DNA from: Candidatus Poribacteria bacterium
Lineage (GTDB): Bacteria > Poribacteria > WGA-4E > WGA-3G
DNA length: 64,000 nt
Direction of reading: 5' to 3'
Assembly: GCA_965214095.1 (NCBI GenBank)
Contig: OZ243938.1
Coordinates: 1,632,001-1,696,000, forward strand
Shown here: piece after piece, positions 20,771-32,151 of the stretch
How the letters are laid out: every line of letters begins with the position of its first letter
How positions within the stretch are numbered: the first letter of the stretch is position 1
Notes under the pieces: model-generated
What the model saw: the letters and a program-made list of their open reading frames with translations, nothing else
Told to the model about the DNA's origin: nothing
Databases searched by the model: none
Program-made: the position numbers and the translations under genes

Positions 20771-21562
20771 CTACATTGCGATGATTTTCCGCATCCGTTT
20801 TGCGAGATCAATTTGCGCGTCTCTATCTCCTCCGACTTCGTGAACAACATATCCATCATATCCGACAGCACGGAATGCTTCCATAACTGCTTCCCAATCA
20901 GTATCGCCATCTAATAGATTGACAAACCGATGGGATCCTCGTGAGAAATCCTTAAAGTGTACGCGTTTGATACGGTGCCCCAGTTCACGTATCCAATGTT
21001 CAGGATAACCGTAAGCCATCATGTTTGCAGTATCAAGATAAGTCCCAACCCAGTCGCTACCGATTTCGTCAACAATTTCTCGCATCTCCTTTGGACTGAG
21101 TAGGAATTTGTTCCATACATTTTCCAATCCGATGGCAACTTTGTGCTTTTCCGCAGAAGGTGCGAGGTCTTTTAGAATGTCCACAAGGTTATCCCAGACT
21201 TTTTGATATGTGCCATCAACGCTGAGTTGTCCCGGGTGGAGGAGTATCCCACCTACACCGAGTGCTCCTGCTACTTCTAAGCCACGCGCAAGTGATTTCA
21301 CACCGTTGTTACGTTGTTCTGCATCAGGACTGAGTAGATTTCCTCTATTCGAGTAACCTGCAGTAATACTTGCGATTTCAACTCCGGCGGATTCACATTT
21401 TGCTGCTATACCTTTTAGTTCAGTATCACTCATATTTATGTCTGTGTCCTTGCCTTCTCCAAATGTGAGTTCAACTGCATCGTAGCCTGCATCTTGGCAG
21501 AGCGAGAGTGTGTCATCCAGTGACATATTGCCGAGTATTATTTGGGTGACGCCTATCTTCAT
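20771..21562 (-). CDS. Sugar phosphate isomerase/epimerase (xylose isomerase-like TIM barrel)
   Basis: LENVWNKFLLSP, YLDTAN, VHFKDF. Confidence 0.9.
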   Translation of the reverse strand: MKIGVTQIILGNMSLDDTLSLCQDAGYDAVELTFGEGKDTDINMSDTELKGIAAKCESAGVEIASITAGYSNRGNLLSPDAEQRNNGVKSLARGLEVAGALGVGGILLHPGQLSVDGTYQKVWDNLVDILKDLAPSAEKHKVAIGLENVWNKFLLSPKEMREIVDEIGSDWVGTYLDTANMMAYGYPEHWIRELGHRIKRVHFKDFSRGSHRFVNLLDGDTDWEAVMEAFRAVGYDGYVVHEVGGDRDAQIDLAKRMRKIIAM

Positions 21563-21566
21563 CTTA

Positions 21567-21812
21567 TTATTCTTTCTCCTTTTCTGTGTGGAACTGTAAT
21601 GGTGTCAACGATTGTATGCATAGGTAACGTGTTTCAAGGCATTGTGGACACCTTAATTCAACATAATATGTATCGTTGAACACGGAATCAATCCAGTCTG
21701 TTTGTCTATCTTTTGAAGTTCCTAAGAATTGTTCAAGCACCTCGTAATCCTTACTACAATCAGGACAGATTTGTAAGTCATGTCCAATATCAAGATTGTC
21801 TAACCATCCCAT
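21567..21812 (-). CDS. Small Cys-motif (putative Zn-binding) protein
   Basis: CPDC...CPQC; lies between hflX and the epimerase in the same orientation. Confidence 0.6.
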   Translation of the reverse strand: MGWLDNLDIGHDLQICPDCSKDYEVLEQFLGTSKDRQTDWIDSVFNDTYYVELRCPQCLETRYLCIQSLTPLQFHTEKEKE

Positions 21813-21855
21813 TATTTTGTTGTTCCTTCAAATATATCGGACTTTTCCATCTTAT

Positions 21856-23163
21856 CTATAGTGTTGGATTCAGGTCTGTGACAGCAAATTTTGATACCGA
21901 TTTGAGATGGCGGCTGGGTATGCTTGCCTTCACATGAACTGCTTCATCCGCATATTTTGTATCAAGAACTGTTCCGTGTTTATACAGCAGGTCTAAAACT
22001 TTACCATCCTTATAAGGTATATGTAAATTGATCATAGCACCGTGTGAAGCGAACCGTTCTGCTAACATATCCATTAGTTCTGAGATACCGTCGCCGCGTT
22101 GTGCTGATATAGGCATAGCCTCTGGATAGCGTGACTGTAATAAAAGCATTTGGTCTTCAGATTCAAGTTGGTCAATTTTATTGAAAATCATAATTGTAGG
22201 CATGTCATCTGCCTCTAACTCAGTGAGAACTTTATCAACGGCATTGATTTGTGCCTCAGCTTCTGAATGGCTTATGTCGACGACGTGTAGCAACAGATCT
22301 GCCTCAGTCACCTCTTCCAAAGTTGCTTTAAAGGCTGCGACTAATTGGTGTGGTAACTTCTTGATAAAACCGACAGTATCGCTTAACAGAATGGTTTGAT
22401 TTTGAGGTAGAGTGACTCGTCTTGTGGTTGAATCCAAAGTAGCAAAGAGTTTGTCTTCAGCAAGAACATTTTCACCGGTTAAGGTATTAAACAGTGTAGA
22501 TTTTCCTGCGTTTGTATATCCTACCAGAGATACTTTTATTTTCTCAGAGCGATTTTGCCGTTGAACCTTACGACGTTTCTCAACCTTCAATAATTCCTTT
22601 TTGACATGAGAGATATGTTTACGAATCCAGCGTCTGTCCATTTCGAGCTGCGTCTCACCTGGACCACGTAGAGCACCACTTCCACTTCCTGCACCGGTTG
22701 CCATTCGTGAAAGGTGTGTCCACATCCGTGTGAGTCGTGGTAAAGCGTATTCTAATTGTGCCAAAGTAACTTGCAAGCGCGCTTCGCTTGTCAACGCTCG
22801 TTGTGCGAAAACCTGTAGGATAAGTCCTGTTCTGTCAACGGTGGCGGTATCAAGTGTGTTTTCTATATTACGTGTTTGTGCAGGTGAAAGTTCTTCGTCA
22901 AAGACAATCACATCCGCTTCAAGCTCTTCAACGATTGCTTTTAATTCTTCAACTTTACCTTCACCAATAAAGTAAGTTGGATTAGGGACATTGCGTGCTT
23001 GAATTGTCTCACATACCACTTCAATTCCTGCGGTCTCTGTTAGCTGGCGTAGTTCCTGTAGTGATTCCTCTGTCTCATGGAGCATGGAGTCACGTAGAGT
23101 CACACCAACAAGAATCGCTCTTGATGGTGGGTTAGGTGCTTGTGTATCGTAAAGTTGTTGCAT
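21856..23163 (-). CDS. hflX: GTPase HflX
   Basis: GPGETQLE, GYTNAGKST, LFATLD, DTVGFI, FNKID. Confidence 0.97.
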   Translation of the reverse strand: MQQLYDTQAPNPPSRAILVGVTLRDSMLHETEESLQELRQLTETAGIEVVCETIQARNVPNPTYFIGEGKVEELKAIVEELEADVIVFDEELSPAQTRNIENTLDTATVDRTGLILQVFAQRALTSEARLQVTLAQLEYALPRLTRMWTHLSRMATGAGSGSGALRGPGETQLEMDRRWIRKHISHVKKELLKVEKRRKVQRQNRSEKIKVSLVGYTNAGKSTLFNTLTGENVLAEDKLFATLDSTTRRVTLPQNQTILLSDTVGFIKKLPHQLVAAFKATLEEVTEADLLLHVVDISHSEAEAQINAVDKVLTELEADDMPTIMIFNKIDQLESEDQMLLLQSRYPEAMPISAQRGDGISELMDMLAERFASHGAMINLHIPYKDGKVLDLLYKHGTVLDTKYADEAVHVKASIPSRHLKSVSKFAVTDLNPTL

Positions 23164-23366
23164 ATTACCTCTTATTGGTTAGGAGATTTGTAAAATCCTA
23201 TCTATAAGTTTATCAGATTCATTCGTAGATTTCAACCCTATCTTTGGGTGTGCGGATTATTTATGGTGAAACCTAAAAATAGCCCTGAGACACCCGTTAT
23301 ATTTGCCTTTCAATTCTCCTTGTGTTATAATGATTTTACATTCACCTTACTGTCAAGGAAAACGGC

Positions 23367-24431
23367 ATGCTAAGTCGGAACTCAACAGATGGAGAGATAC
23401 TCCCAAACATTGACAAAATCCTTATCATTCGTACAGATGGTATAGGCGACTTGCTGAATTCAACCCCAGCGATAGCCTTACTACGACAGAACTATCCATC
23501 TGCAGAAATCACGGTGTTAGCACGACCACTGAATGCTCCTGCGCTTATCGGTAATCCCGATGTTGATAGAGTGCTTGTGTTAGACCGACAAGGGGAACAT
23601 CGCCAAGTAACTGCGCAGTTGAAATTCTATCAATCTTTGCGTAATGAACGGTTTCATCTTGTTGTTGCGATGCAAACTGCGACTTTATCACATCTCATTG
23701 CTTTTCTCTCTGGTGCGTCCTATCGGTTAGGTCGCTATCAGAAAAGGTTCAGATCAACGTTGACACATGCCTGGAAGGGAAAATACCGGAAAGGTGAAAC
23801 TCACGAGGTGGATAGGAACTTAGCATTAGTCAAGTTGGTTTGTAAGGGTGAAGGCACACAAAAACTGGTTTTGAATCTGTTACCCGATGAAACTACGCAA
23901 GCAGAAGCACAGCTTGTGTCTTGGGATGTTGGCAGTGATGCTTTTCTTATCGGGATTCATCCGGGTGGAAGTTCTTTTGATAAACAGTGGCCAGAAAAAC
24001 AGTATGCTGAACTTGCTGACAAACTTGTTCAGGACTATAATGCAACGATACTGCTTTTGCATGGACCGAATGAAGAAGAATTGGCACAGAATATACAGCA
24101 AACAATGCAGACTAAACCTAACATTTATGCACCAGAATCCATCAGGGAATTGGCTGCGCTTTTATCTCGTTGTAATATGGTTGTATGCAATGACTCGGGT
24201 CCTATGCATCTCGCTGCGGCATTGGACGTACCAACGGTAGCGATTTTCGGTCCGACGGATCATGTTGCGTGGAGACCGATGAGTGAGAATGCATCTGTCG
24301 TACGGAGGGATATGCCGTGCTGGCCTTGCAGTGCACACAAATGCAAAATCGGATGGGAATGCACTAAGAAACTACCAGTTGAAATGGTTTTGAATACTGC
24401 AATGACAACTTTAGAAATGAGGAGAAAATGA
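23367..24431 (+). CDS. Glycosyltransferase family 9 (heptosyltransferase-like)
   Basis: IGDLLNSTP, IHPGG, NDSGPMHLAAA, IFGPT. Confidence 0.9.
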   Translation: MLSRNSTDGEILPNIDKILIIRTDGIGDLLNSTPAIALLRQNYPSAEITVLARPLNAPALIGNPDVDRVLVLDRQGEHRQVTAQLKFYQSLRNERFHLVVAMQTATLSHLIAFLSGASYRLGRYQKRFRSTLTHAWKGKYRKGETHEVDRNLALVKLVCKGEGTQKLVLNLLPDETTQAEAQLVSWDVGSDAFLIGIHPGGSSFDKQWPEKQYAELADKLVQDYNATILLLHGPNEEELAQNIQQTMQTKPNIYAPESIRELAALLSRCNMVVCNDSGPMHLAAALDVPTVAIFGPTDHVAWRPMSENASVVRRDMPCWPCSAHKCKIGWECTKKLPVEMVLNTAMTTLEMRRK

Positions 24432-25675
24432 AAATAGCGATAGCTGCTTGGGGAACAACAGGGGATGTCTACCCTCTCTTAGCACTCTCTGAACGATTGC
24501 TAAACAATGGACATCAGGTGCGTGTGTGTGCCCCAACTATCTATAAAGACAAGATTCATGAGATTGGTGCGGAATTCTACGAAGTTGGCGGCAGTTTTGA
24601 TTTTGCTGAATTCCATCAGACGATGGACACTATGATTGCTATGCGTGACCCGATGGCTCCGTTGTTGCTAATTGCCAAGGAAGGTGTTCTAAAACGTGGA
24701 GAAAAGTGGTATAACGATTGTCTTACAGCGATGAAAGGGTATGATTTAGTTATATGTCACTCCATTGACATACCCGCTCAGGAAGCCGCCATTCGAAACG
24801 ATTTACCGTGGATAACAGTAGCGTACTGTCCTGGTTTCATAAAAACATCTGACCAAGCCCCATATCCATTTCCAAATTGGGGTCCGACGTTCAACGCATT
24901 CGTATGGAAGTTAGTAAGGTTGCGACTGAAACAATCTGTTGATCCGCTTTTCAATGAGTTTATCGCGTCTATCGGTGGGAAACCGAGGGCTTTTATGTCT
25001 TCTGACGAGATGTATTCACCGTATCTGAATTTGTTAGCAGCCTCCCCATCTATTTGTTCAGCAATAAGATTTAAACCGAACCACAAATGGACAGGTGTTT
25101 GGCATCTTGGACAACCGGATTACGAACCACCATCGGATCTCACAGATTTTCTGTCTGAAGGATCGCCCCCCATCGTGATTTCGTTTGGATCCATGGGAGG
25201 CAGTGATGGGAAAGAGACAACGGAGATATTAGTTGAAGCAATCACAATGACAAACCAACGTGCTATTATCCAATCGGGTTGGGGTTTGTTAGGCACACAG
25301 GATGCTAATCCGAATATCTACTGTGCTGAATATGTTCCACATCAATGGTTGTTTCCACAAGCGAGTTGTGTCGTGCATCACGGTGGTGCGGGGACAACTG
25401 CTTCAGTCTGTCGTGCCAAAGTGCCATCAGTCGTTGTGCCACACATCGCTGATCAGTTCTATTGGGGAAAGTTGCTTTATGACATAGGGGTTGCACCGAG
25501 AAGTTTACCTCGGCGTAAACTCACTGCGAAACGGCTTGCACAACGGATTGAACAGGTTTTAGAGACACCAAAGATGACTGAACGTGCAGAGTCCTTAGGT
25601 ACACAGATGGAATCTGAAGATGGTTTGACTACTGCAGTTGACCTGATTGAATCTTTTCCTATGTCTGAGAAATGA
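24428..25675 (+). CDS. Glycosyltransferase family 1 (sterol glucosyl/rhamnosyltransferase-like)
   Basis: GTTGDVYP, VPHQWLF, HHGGAGTT, PHIADQFYW. Confidence 0.88.
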   Translation: MKIAIAAWGTTGDVYPLLALSERLLNNGHQVRVCAPTIYKDKIHEIGAEFYEVGGSFDFAEFHQTMDTMIAMRDPMAPLLLIAKEGVLKRGEKWYNDCLTAMKGYDLVICHSIDIPAQEAAIRNDLPWITVAYCPGFIKTSDQAPYPFPNWGPTFNAFVWKLVRLRLKQSVDPLFNEFIASIGGKPRAFMSSDEMYSPYLNLLAASPSICSAIRFKPNHKWTGVWHLGQPDYEPPSDLTDFLSEGSPPIVISFGSMGGSDGKETTEILVEAITMTNQRAIIQSGWGLLGTQDANPNIYCAEYVPHQWLFPQASCVVHHGGAGTTASVCRAKVPSVVVPHIADQFYWGKLLYDIGVAPRSLPRRKLTAKRLAQRIEQVLETPKMTERAESLGTQMESEDGLTTAVDLIESFPMSEK

Positions 25676-26664
25676 AAAAAATCCTCGTATTCAGTTTCAG
25701 TTTTATCGGTGATGCAGTGCTATCTACTACTGTTATCCAACCACTTCAATCTCATTTCCCTGATGCTCATCTTACCTTTCTTGTCGGGTCAAGTGCGTAC
25801 AATCTTCTTGCTAATGACCCACAAATTGATGCCACTCTTGTTTATGATAATCGGGGTGAACATAGAGGATTGAGAGGACGGTTAAAACTGATCAATTCAC
25901 TTCGTGGTGAAAGGTATGACCTTGTTGTGAATTTACGAGATAGTTTTGTTGCTCGTTGTATTGGTGCGGAACATTGGGGTTTGGTGCGCGGAGATAGGGA
26001 ACGGCATGCTGTTGTCCGTTATCTGGAAGTGCTGTGTAAGCGAGGTGTGGATATAACGGATGCTAATCCTCGCTTACAATTGACTGAAAAAGAGCAATCG
26101 GCTGCATCTCATTTTCTTACGGATTCAGGAGTTAGTTCTGAAAAGACAATAATAGGTATTCATCCGGGTGGAAACTGGATTTACAAGTTGTGGAATGCTG
26201 AGAAATTTGCACTACTCGCGAATACTTTGGTAAATGAAAAAAACGCTACGATTTTGCTATTTAGCGGTCCTAATGAACGGGAACGCCAAACTCAGGTTGC
26301 AGGTATGATGGATACAGTGCCAATCCTTGTCAAAACAACAAACTTACGAGAAGTCTCTGCATTGATTGCGGCATGTGATGTTTACATCGGCAACGATACG
26401 GGTCCGATGCACATTGCTGCTGCTGTTGATACTCCTGTGGTTGCACTTTTCGGTTCAACGAATCACATTCGGAGTGGTCCCTATGGTGAGCAGCACACTG
26501 TTGTGCAGAGTAGAGTGGATTTGGGGTGTAATCCGTGTCATCCGGGGAGGAATCCTGGTGGGTGCGGTGCTGGTAGTTGTGCTGTAATTGATGGGATTAC
26601 GGTGGAGCAGGTGTTGGCGGCTGTGGATCCTCATCTGAATAAGTCTTCTTTGAAATTACATTAA
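25672..26664 (+). CDS. Glycosyltransferase family 9
   Basis: IGDAVLST, IHPGG, GNDTGPMHIAAA, LFGST. Confidence 0.9.
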   Translation: MKKILVFSFSFIGDAVLSTTVIQPLQSHFPDAHLTFLVGSSAYNLLANDPQIDATLVYDNRGEHRGLRGRLKLINSLRGERYDLVVNLRDSFVARCIGAEHWGLVRGDRERHAVVRYLEVLCKRGVDITDANPRLQLTEKEQSAASHFLTDSGVSSEKTIIGIHPGGNWIYKLWNAEKFALLANTLVNEKNATILLFSGPNERERQTQVAGMMDTVPILVKTTNLREVSALIAACDVYIGNDTGPMHIAAAVDTPVVALFGSTNHIRSGPYGEQHTVVQSRVDLGCNPCHPGRNPGGCGAGSCAVIDGITVEQVLAAVDPHLNKSSLKLH

Positions 26665-26667
26665 TTT

Positions 26668-28893
26668 TCAAAACTTCCTCCATTGCAAACGTAGACTATT
26701 CAGCACAACAGACACACTACTAAACGCCATCGCAAATGCAGCTAACATCGGATGCAACTCACGCAACATTAATGGTAAAAACGTAAGCGGAAACAGCACA
26801 CCTGCAGCAACAGGAATTAACAACACATTATAGAAAAATGCCCAAAACAAATTCTGTTTGATAGCTCGTAGTGTTGTCCGACTTAACCGAATAGCATCGG
26901 GAATAGATCGCAGATCTCCATGCATCAATGTCAAATCGGCTGTTTCCATTGCAATATCTGTTCCAGTGCCGAGTGCCATACCGACATCCGCTTGTGCTAA
27001 CGCAGGGGCATCGTTGATTCCATCTCCTACCATAGCGACATAACCATCCGTTGTTTCCTGTGTTTCTTTGACGGCAAAGGCTTTGTCTTCAGGAAGTAGT
27101 TCCGCCATCACATCTGTAATGCCAACACTTTTTGCTATGGCAGCGGCAGTTCCACGGTTGTCTCCTGTCATCATCGTCACTTCGCATCCAAGTTGTCGGA
27201 GTTCAGCGACAGCAGCCTTTGCATCTGGTTTCACCGTATCTGCAACTGCAAGAAGGCCACTTACTCTGTCATCAATTGCAACCCACAGTACTGTTTTCGC
27301 TTCTGCTTGCAACCTCTCCGCATCCGCTTCTAAAGTTTGAGTCGGAATGTTGTGTTGTTGCATTAAAGACAGATTGCCAATGATTACTTTATTCTTATCC
27401 AGTTGGGTGATGATACCGTTGCCTGCAACAGCAGTAAAGTCTGTTGGCACCGTGGTCTCAATTGCTTTTTCAGATGCTGCGCGAACGATTGACTTTCCGA
27501 TGGGGTGTTCACTTCCCCGTTCTGCAGATGCAGCGATTTGAAGCAAACGGTTTTCATCACCATCACTTGCGATTATGTCAGTGAGTGAAAGTTGACCTTG
27601 TGTTAAGGTACCGGTTTTATCAAGCACAATTCGTGATATTGCACCAGCATGTTCTAATGCTTCACTATTCCGAAACAGGATACCGCGATGTGCTCCGATT
27701 CCTGTGCTGACCATAATTGCAGTGGGTGTGGCTAATCCCAATGCACATGGACATGCAATCACTAAAACCGCTACCAATCGGAGCATGGCATCTGTGAACT
27801 CTTGTCCAGGAATGAACCACCACACGAGGAACGTCGCAGCTGCAATACATAAGACAACAGGCACAAATACACTTGCGACTGCATCCGCTGTGCGTTGTAT
27901 CGGTGCTTTACTCTGTTGTGTTTGTTGTACTAACTGGACAAGTCGTGCAAGTGAAGTCTCTGACCCCACTCGTGTTGCTGCTATTGTTAGCATACCACTC
28001 TGATTAATTGTTGCACTTGCCACCGTATCCCCTATAGTCTTATCTACAGGCATGCTTTCACCAGTGAATATGCTCTCGTCAACGGCACTTGAACCTTCGC
28101 GGACGATGCCATCAACAGGTATACTCTCACCGGGGCGGACAATAAGATGATCGTCAACCGCGACTTGTTCTATCGGTATCTGCTGTTCTTCCTCATCTTT
28201 TAGGAGACAGACAGTTTTCGGTGAGAGTCGCATTAGTTTTTTGAGGGCTGCGCTTGTCTGACCTTTTGCACGTGCCTCCAGAAGTTTGCCGAGTTTAATC
28301 AGTGTGATGATAACAGCCGCAGTTTCAAAATAGACGTGGTCACCGAGTCCATGTATATTTAATATGGGAGCAACAATTACAACAACACTATAGAGAAATG
28401 CAACAGATGAACCCATCGCGACGAGCACATCCATATTGGCAGAACGGTTACGCAGTGACTTAACACTACCAACATAATAGTCCCAACCAACATAGACTTG
28501 CACTGGAAGTGCCAAAGCAAACATCACCCAACCGACCCAAGTGGCATTTTCCCATCCACCTAACCATCCCATATCTATTCCCATGCTGAGTATGAATAAC
28601 GGGAGTGTGAAAAGTAGACCTACACAGAATTGTAACTTCTGTTTCTTGAGTTCTGCAGCACGTGCTTCTGCCTCAGAATCCGAATCAACGACATCAAATC
28701 CGAGGGAACGAATTTTGTCAACGATCTTATTTTCGTCAAGAGCAGACGGGTTATAGGTGACTGCCGCCTGCTCTGTTGCGATGCTAACATTTGCTGCAAG
28801 GATACCCGCCATCTCAGTGAGACCTTGGGTGATTGTAGCAGCACAGCCTTCACAATGCATGCCAGTGATGGGAAGGGTAATCTGTTGTTGCAT
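26668..28893 (-). CDS. copA: Copper-translocating P1B-type ATPase
   Basis: [43 protein letters not shown]...MAFSS. Confidence 0.93.
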   Translation of the reverse strand: MQQQITLPITGMHCEGCAATITQGLTEMAGILAANVSIATEQAAVTYNPSALDENKIVDKIRSLGFDVVDSDSEAEARAAELKKQKLQFCVGLLFTLPLFILSMGIDMGWLGGWENATWVGWVMFALALPVQVYVGWDYYVGSVKSLRNRSANMDVLVAMGSSVAFLYSVVVIVAPILNIHGLGDHVYFETAAVIITLIKLGKLLEARAKGQTSAALKKLMRLSPKTVCLLKDEEEQQIPIEQVAVDDHLIVRPGESIPVDGIVREGSSAVDESIFTGESMPVDKTIGDTVASATINQSGMLTIAATRVGSETSLARLVQLVQQTQQSKAPIQRTADAVASVFVPVVLCIAAATFLVWWFIPGQEFTDAMLRLVAVLVIACPCALGLATPTAIMVSTGIGAHRGILFRNSEALEHAGAISRIVLDKTGTLTQGQLSLTDIIASDGDENRLLQIAASAERGSEHPIGKSIVRAASEKAIETTVPTDFTAVAGNGIITQLDKNKVIIGNLSLMQQHNIPTQTLEADAERLQAEAKTVLWVAIDDRVSGLLAVADTVKPDAKAAVAELRQLGCEVTMMTGDNRGTAAAIAKSVGITDVMAELLPEDKAFAVKETQETTDGYVAMVGDGINDAPALAQADVGMALGTGTDIAMETADLTLMHGDLRSIPDAIRLSRTTLRAIKQNLFWAFFYNVLLIPVAAGVLFPLTFLPLMLRELHPMLAAFAMAFSSVSVVLNSLRLQWRKF

Positions 28894-28901
28894 TTGTTCT
28901 C

Positions 28902-28925
28902 AGCGCGCTTACAAAGTGCGCCTAC
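28902..28925 (-). repeat. GTAG REP-like element (copy of 7503-7526)
   Basis: Reverse complement GTAGGCGCACTTTGTAAGCGCGCT. Confidence 0.65.
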
Positions 28926-28945
28926 CGTTTGTGTGTAAGTCCAAG

Positions 28946-29914
28946 TTATGTCAGGTGGATGGGTTCACCAGTTTCCAAAGATTGATTCGCTGCAATAGAC
29001 AAAATTGCGGTTTTCGCTGCATCGGGATATGGAGACCGAATGGCACTGCCATCTCCTGTGCGAACTGCTTCAATAAATGTGCTGTCCATATCTATTGTAC
29101 AGTTGTTATCGGGATTCCAGGTTTCTTTACCATCTGCAGTGGAAAGTACAAGTGCGCGTCGAAGGTGATATTCCAACGAGCCATCTTCACAGAAGATGTC
29201 TAAACCGGAACGACGTAATCCATTTGTTGTGAAGCAAGCGGAGAACATAATACCAAACACACCGCTTTCAAATTGCAATGAAACTGCTGATGCTTCTTCA
29301 ATATCGTAGTCGGTATTTGGAATCAGATCGTATCTTGCAACGGCATAGACAGTTTTGACTTCACCAAAGAGATAACGTGCCATATCAAATTCGTGTGTTG
29401 TTTGTTCCATGAGTTGTCCGCCGGATTTTGCCTTCTCACGCCACCATCCACCTGGCATGCCACCCATCCAGTAACCCATAAAGAAACCGACTCTTCGTGA
29501 AGCGAGCAGTTCTTGTGCCTTGTCTATAATATCAAGATAACGTTCCTGATATCCACAAGCGGTTATGATGCCTTTTTCTTCAACTTCAGCGGCAATTTCC
29601 TTTGCTTCATCGGTATCCATATGGACAGGTTTTTCAACGAACATTGGCAATCCAGCTGCGATAACTGCCTTCTCTGGTGCCCCATGAGCAAAAGGTGGAA
29701 TGGAAATGTAAATCGCATCCAGTTCCTCTTTTGCCAACATCTCGTTGTAATCTGCGTAAGCTTTACCACCGTATTGTTCAACGGCGCGTTCCGCTTTTTC
29801 TATGACAATATCGCAGAAAGCAACAAACTTGTTACCACCAATTTGGGTTAATTCCCGTAGGTGACGATTCATGTTCCCACCTGTGCCGATGAAACCTAAT
29901 CTTACGTCTGACAT
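28946..29914 (-). CDS. Gfo/Idh/MocA-family oxidoreductase
   Basis: GFIGTGG, PPFAH, FVEKP, SGGQLMEQTTHEFD. Confidence 0.92.
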   Translation of the reverse strand: MSDVRLGFIGTGGNMNRHLRELTQIGGNKFVAFCDIVIEKAERAVEQYGGKAYADYNEMLAKEELDAIYISIPPFAHGAPEKAVIAAGLPMFVEKPVHMDTDEAKEIAAEVEEKGIITACGYQERYLDIIDKAQELLASRRVGFFMGYWMGGMPGGWWREKAKSGGQLMEQTTHEFDMARYLFGEVKTVYAVARYDLIPNTDYDIEEASAVSLQFESGVFGIMFSACFTTNGLRRSGLDIFCEDGSLEYHLRRALVLSTADGKETWNPDNNCTIDMDSTFIEAVRTGDGSAIRSPYPDAAKTAILSIAANQSLETGEPIHLT

Positions 29915-30041
29915 AAATTCTCCTATATGAAAATGTTAGGGTTAAAAATGAAAATAATGATATCTACAGAAATGTTTGCTTTGTTAATCATGCATTCTTA
30001 CACTTAAGCACAGTGATTATCTCAAATATCTTTACTTATTC

Positions 30042-30989
30042 TTACCATTCAAAAACAGTACCGAGTAACCGCATCGGTTCGTCACGGAGCCAATCATATA
30101 TCTGTGATGCATCATTGACATGGACACGATGTCGAATCAGGGGAGCAATTTTAATTGAATCTTGACGCAGTAATCTGCAGAGATTATCCAGATCATCACG
30201 GGTGAAATGGCTACAGTGCAAAATACTGATCTCCTTGAACTGTGCCGTATTGAAGGTATAGTTAACATCAAATCTTCCTGCGACTAACAGTAACCTTCCA
30301 CGCGTTTTGCATGCTTGAATCATCGGTGTAACCATGTCTGGTGCACCCGCAAAATCCATCACGACATCGTAACTCCCCTGAGCGATTTGTGCGTTCCACC
30401 CATCACCGCTGGTGTTGAAAACCTGTTCTGCTATACCGAGTTTTCGCGCTTCTTCTAATCGTGAGTCATCAATATCACATACGGATACGCGTGCTCCCAT
30501 GGCATAAGCGATCTGTGCTGCAAACATGCCGATACATCCTTGTCCTACAACAAGTACTCTCTCACCGATACGCGGCTCAACACGTCGGCAACAGTGCATC
30601 GCAACACCCGATATGCCAAATAAGGCTGCTTCAGCAGGATCAACATCATCAGGTAATTTATAGAGTAACCCGTTTTCTGGAATAATGAACCGTTCTACAT
30701 GATCTACACTGGCATAAATGAGATCTCCTACTTGAAGTTGGGACACGTCAGGACCTGTCTCAATGACACGTCCGACATTCTGATAACCTCCGCCACTGGG
30801 AAGATTTTCATCAGATGGTGCATAGTTCCCACCGATAAGTTGGTTACGCTCAGTGCCGTTGGTTAAACCAGTAAAAACTGCTTCACACAAGACCTCATTG
30901 CCTTTAGGCACTGATGGTTCTTTCCAATCGGTGACGAGTGTTTTTTCGCGTCGTTTGTCGGGTAACAATTTGATAACAAGTGCTCTCAC
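30042..30989 (-). CDS. Zinc-binding dehydrogenase (MDR superfamily)
   Basis: GTE, GYQNVGRV, VVGQGCIG. Confidence 0.88.
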   Translation of the reverse strand: MRALVIKLLPDKRREKTLVTDWKEPSVPKGNEVLCEAVFTGLTNGTERNQLIGGNYAPSDENLPSGGGYQNVGRVIETGPDVSQLQVGDLIYASVDHVERFIIPENGLLYKLPDDVDPAEAALFGISGVAMHCCRRVEPRIGERVLVVGQGCIGMFAAQIAYAMGARVSVCDIDDSRLEEARKLGIAEQVFNTSGDGWNAQIAQGSYDVVMDFAGAPDMVTPMIQACKTRGRLLLVAGRFDVNYTFNTAQFKEISILHCSHFTRDDLDNLCRLLRQDSIKIAPLIRHRVHVNDASQIYDWLRDEPMRLLGTVFEW

Positions 30990-31231
30990 TATTAGATGAC
31001 TCCTGTTGATTTGTGTATGTAGAGATATTGATAGTTCTTATTTATTAACTTAACCTATTCTATCTAAATTGTCAAGTAGATTGAAATGTTATTGTTGTGT
31101 TACATTTTGCACTATATCCTCAAAAATCTATTGACAGATTGGCAACCTTTGCTATAAGATAAAGTCCATAAAGCAACTAAAGATATATATCCTTCTATAC
31201 AAATATTTACAGACATTTAAGGAGCAGGACA

Positions 31232-32110
31232 ATGCCCAAACGGGTTAATAAAGCGATTGAATTGTTAGAACAGGATCAACCAGTTTTCTATACAGGAAGC
31301 CATACAACATCAGACTTGAACTATGATGCAGGTCGTGCAGCGGCAAAAACATGGGCGGACTATATCAACATTGGTATGGAACACGGATGTTTTGATCTAT
31401 CGGGTTTAGATAGTTACATGCGTGGATTGGCAGATGGAGGTCCTACAAATAGTGGTCACAAAACGCCTGCTGTGATTGTTGAGTTACCGGTTGATGGCAT
31501 CAGCGCGGATGTGATTCGTGCAAACGGATGGCAGATGCGACAACTATTGGCACGTGGGGTGCACGGACTTCTGCTCTGTCATGCCGAGTCCCCCGAAGCC
31601 GTTAAAGCATTTGTGGAAGCATGTCGTTACCCGTTCCAGACAATCGGCGTAGGATCGCAATTGGATGTCGGTAGGCGCGGTTCTGCCGGACAAGGACCTG
31701 CCTCACAAATCTGGGGTGTTTCCGTTGACCAATATCTTGATACTGCTGACCCTTGGCCTCTGAATCCAGAAGGTGAATTACTACTGGGACTGAAGTTTGA
31801 AAATAAACGGGCATTAGCGAATGTTGAAATGACTGCGCGAGTACCGGGAATTGCCTTTGCAGAATGGGGACCGGGTGATATGAGCATGTCATTCGGATAT
31901 AAACATCAACCAAATCCGCGTCCACAGGAGTTACAAGATGCAAGAGATAGAATATTCTCTGCTTGTCAATCCGCTGGACTTAAGTTTCTGGAAAGTGCAT
32001 CAGCAGGGACGATTGAACAAAGCATTGATGCTGGCGTGAGAATATGCGGTTCCGGTGAAGAAACTGCACGCATTGGACGTGCATACTCTGGTAGGACAAT
32101 GCCTGTCTAA
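31232..32110 (+). CDS. HpcH/HpaI aldolase / citrate lyase family protein
   Basis: GMEHG, LARGVHGLLLCH, GLKFEN, EWGPGDMS. Confidence 0.85.
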   Translation: MPKRVNKAIELLEQDQPVFYTGSHTTSDLNYDAGRAAAKTWADYINIGMEHGCFDLSGLDSYMRGLADGGPTNSGHKTPAVIVELPVDGISADVIRANGWQMRQLLARGVHGLLLCHAESPEAVKAFVEACRYPFQTIGVGSQLDVGRRGSAGQGPASQIWGVSVDQYLDTADPWPLNPEGELLLGLKFENKRALANVEMTARVPGIAFAEWGPGDMSMSFGYKHQPNPRPQELQDARDRIFSACQSAGLKFLESASAGTIEQSIDAGVRICGSGEETARIGRAYSGRTMPV

Positions 32111-32151
32111 TAATTGAACAGGAAAGACACTATAATAATTGAGGTAAATTT

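Noticed and set aside
20514-20914. Short ORFs overlapping the tRNA
   Set aside because: They are explained by tRNA-Leu, its promoter and terminator, and the antisense strand of the epimerase.
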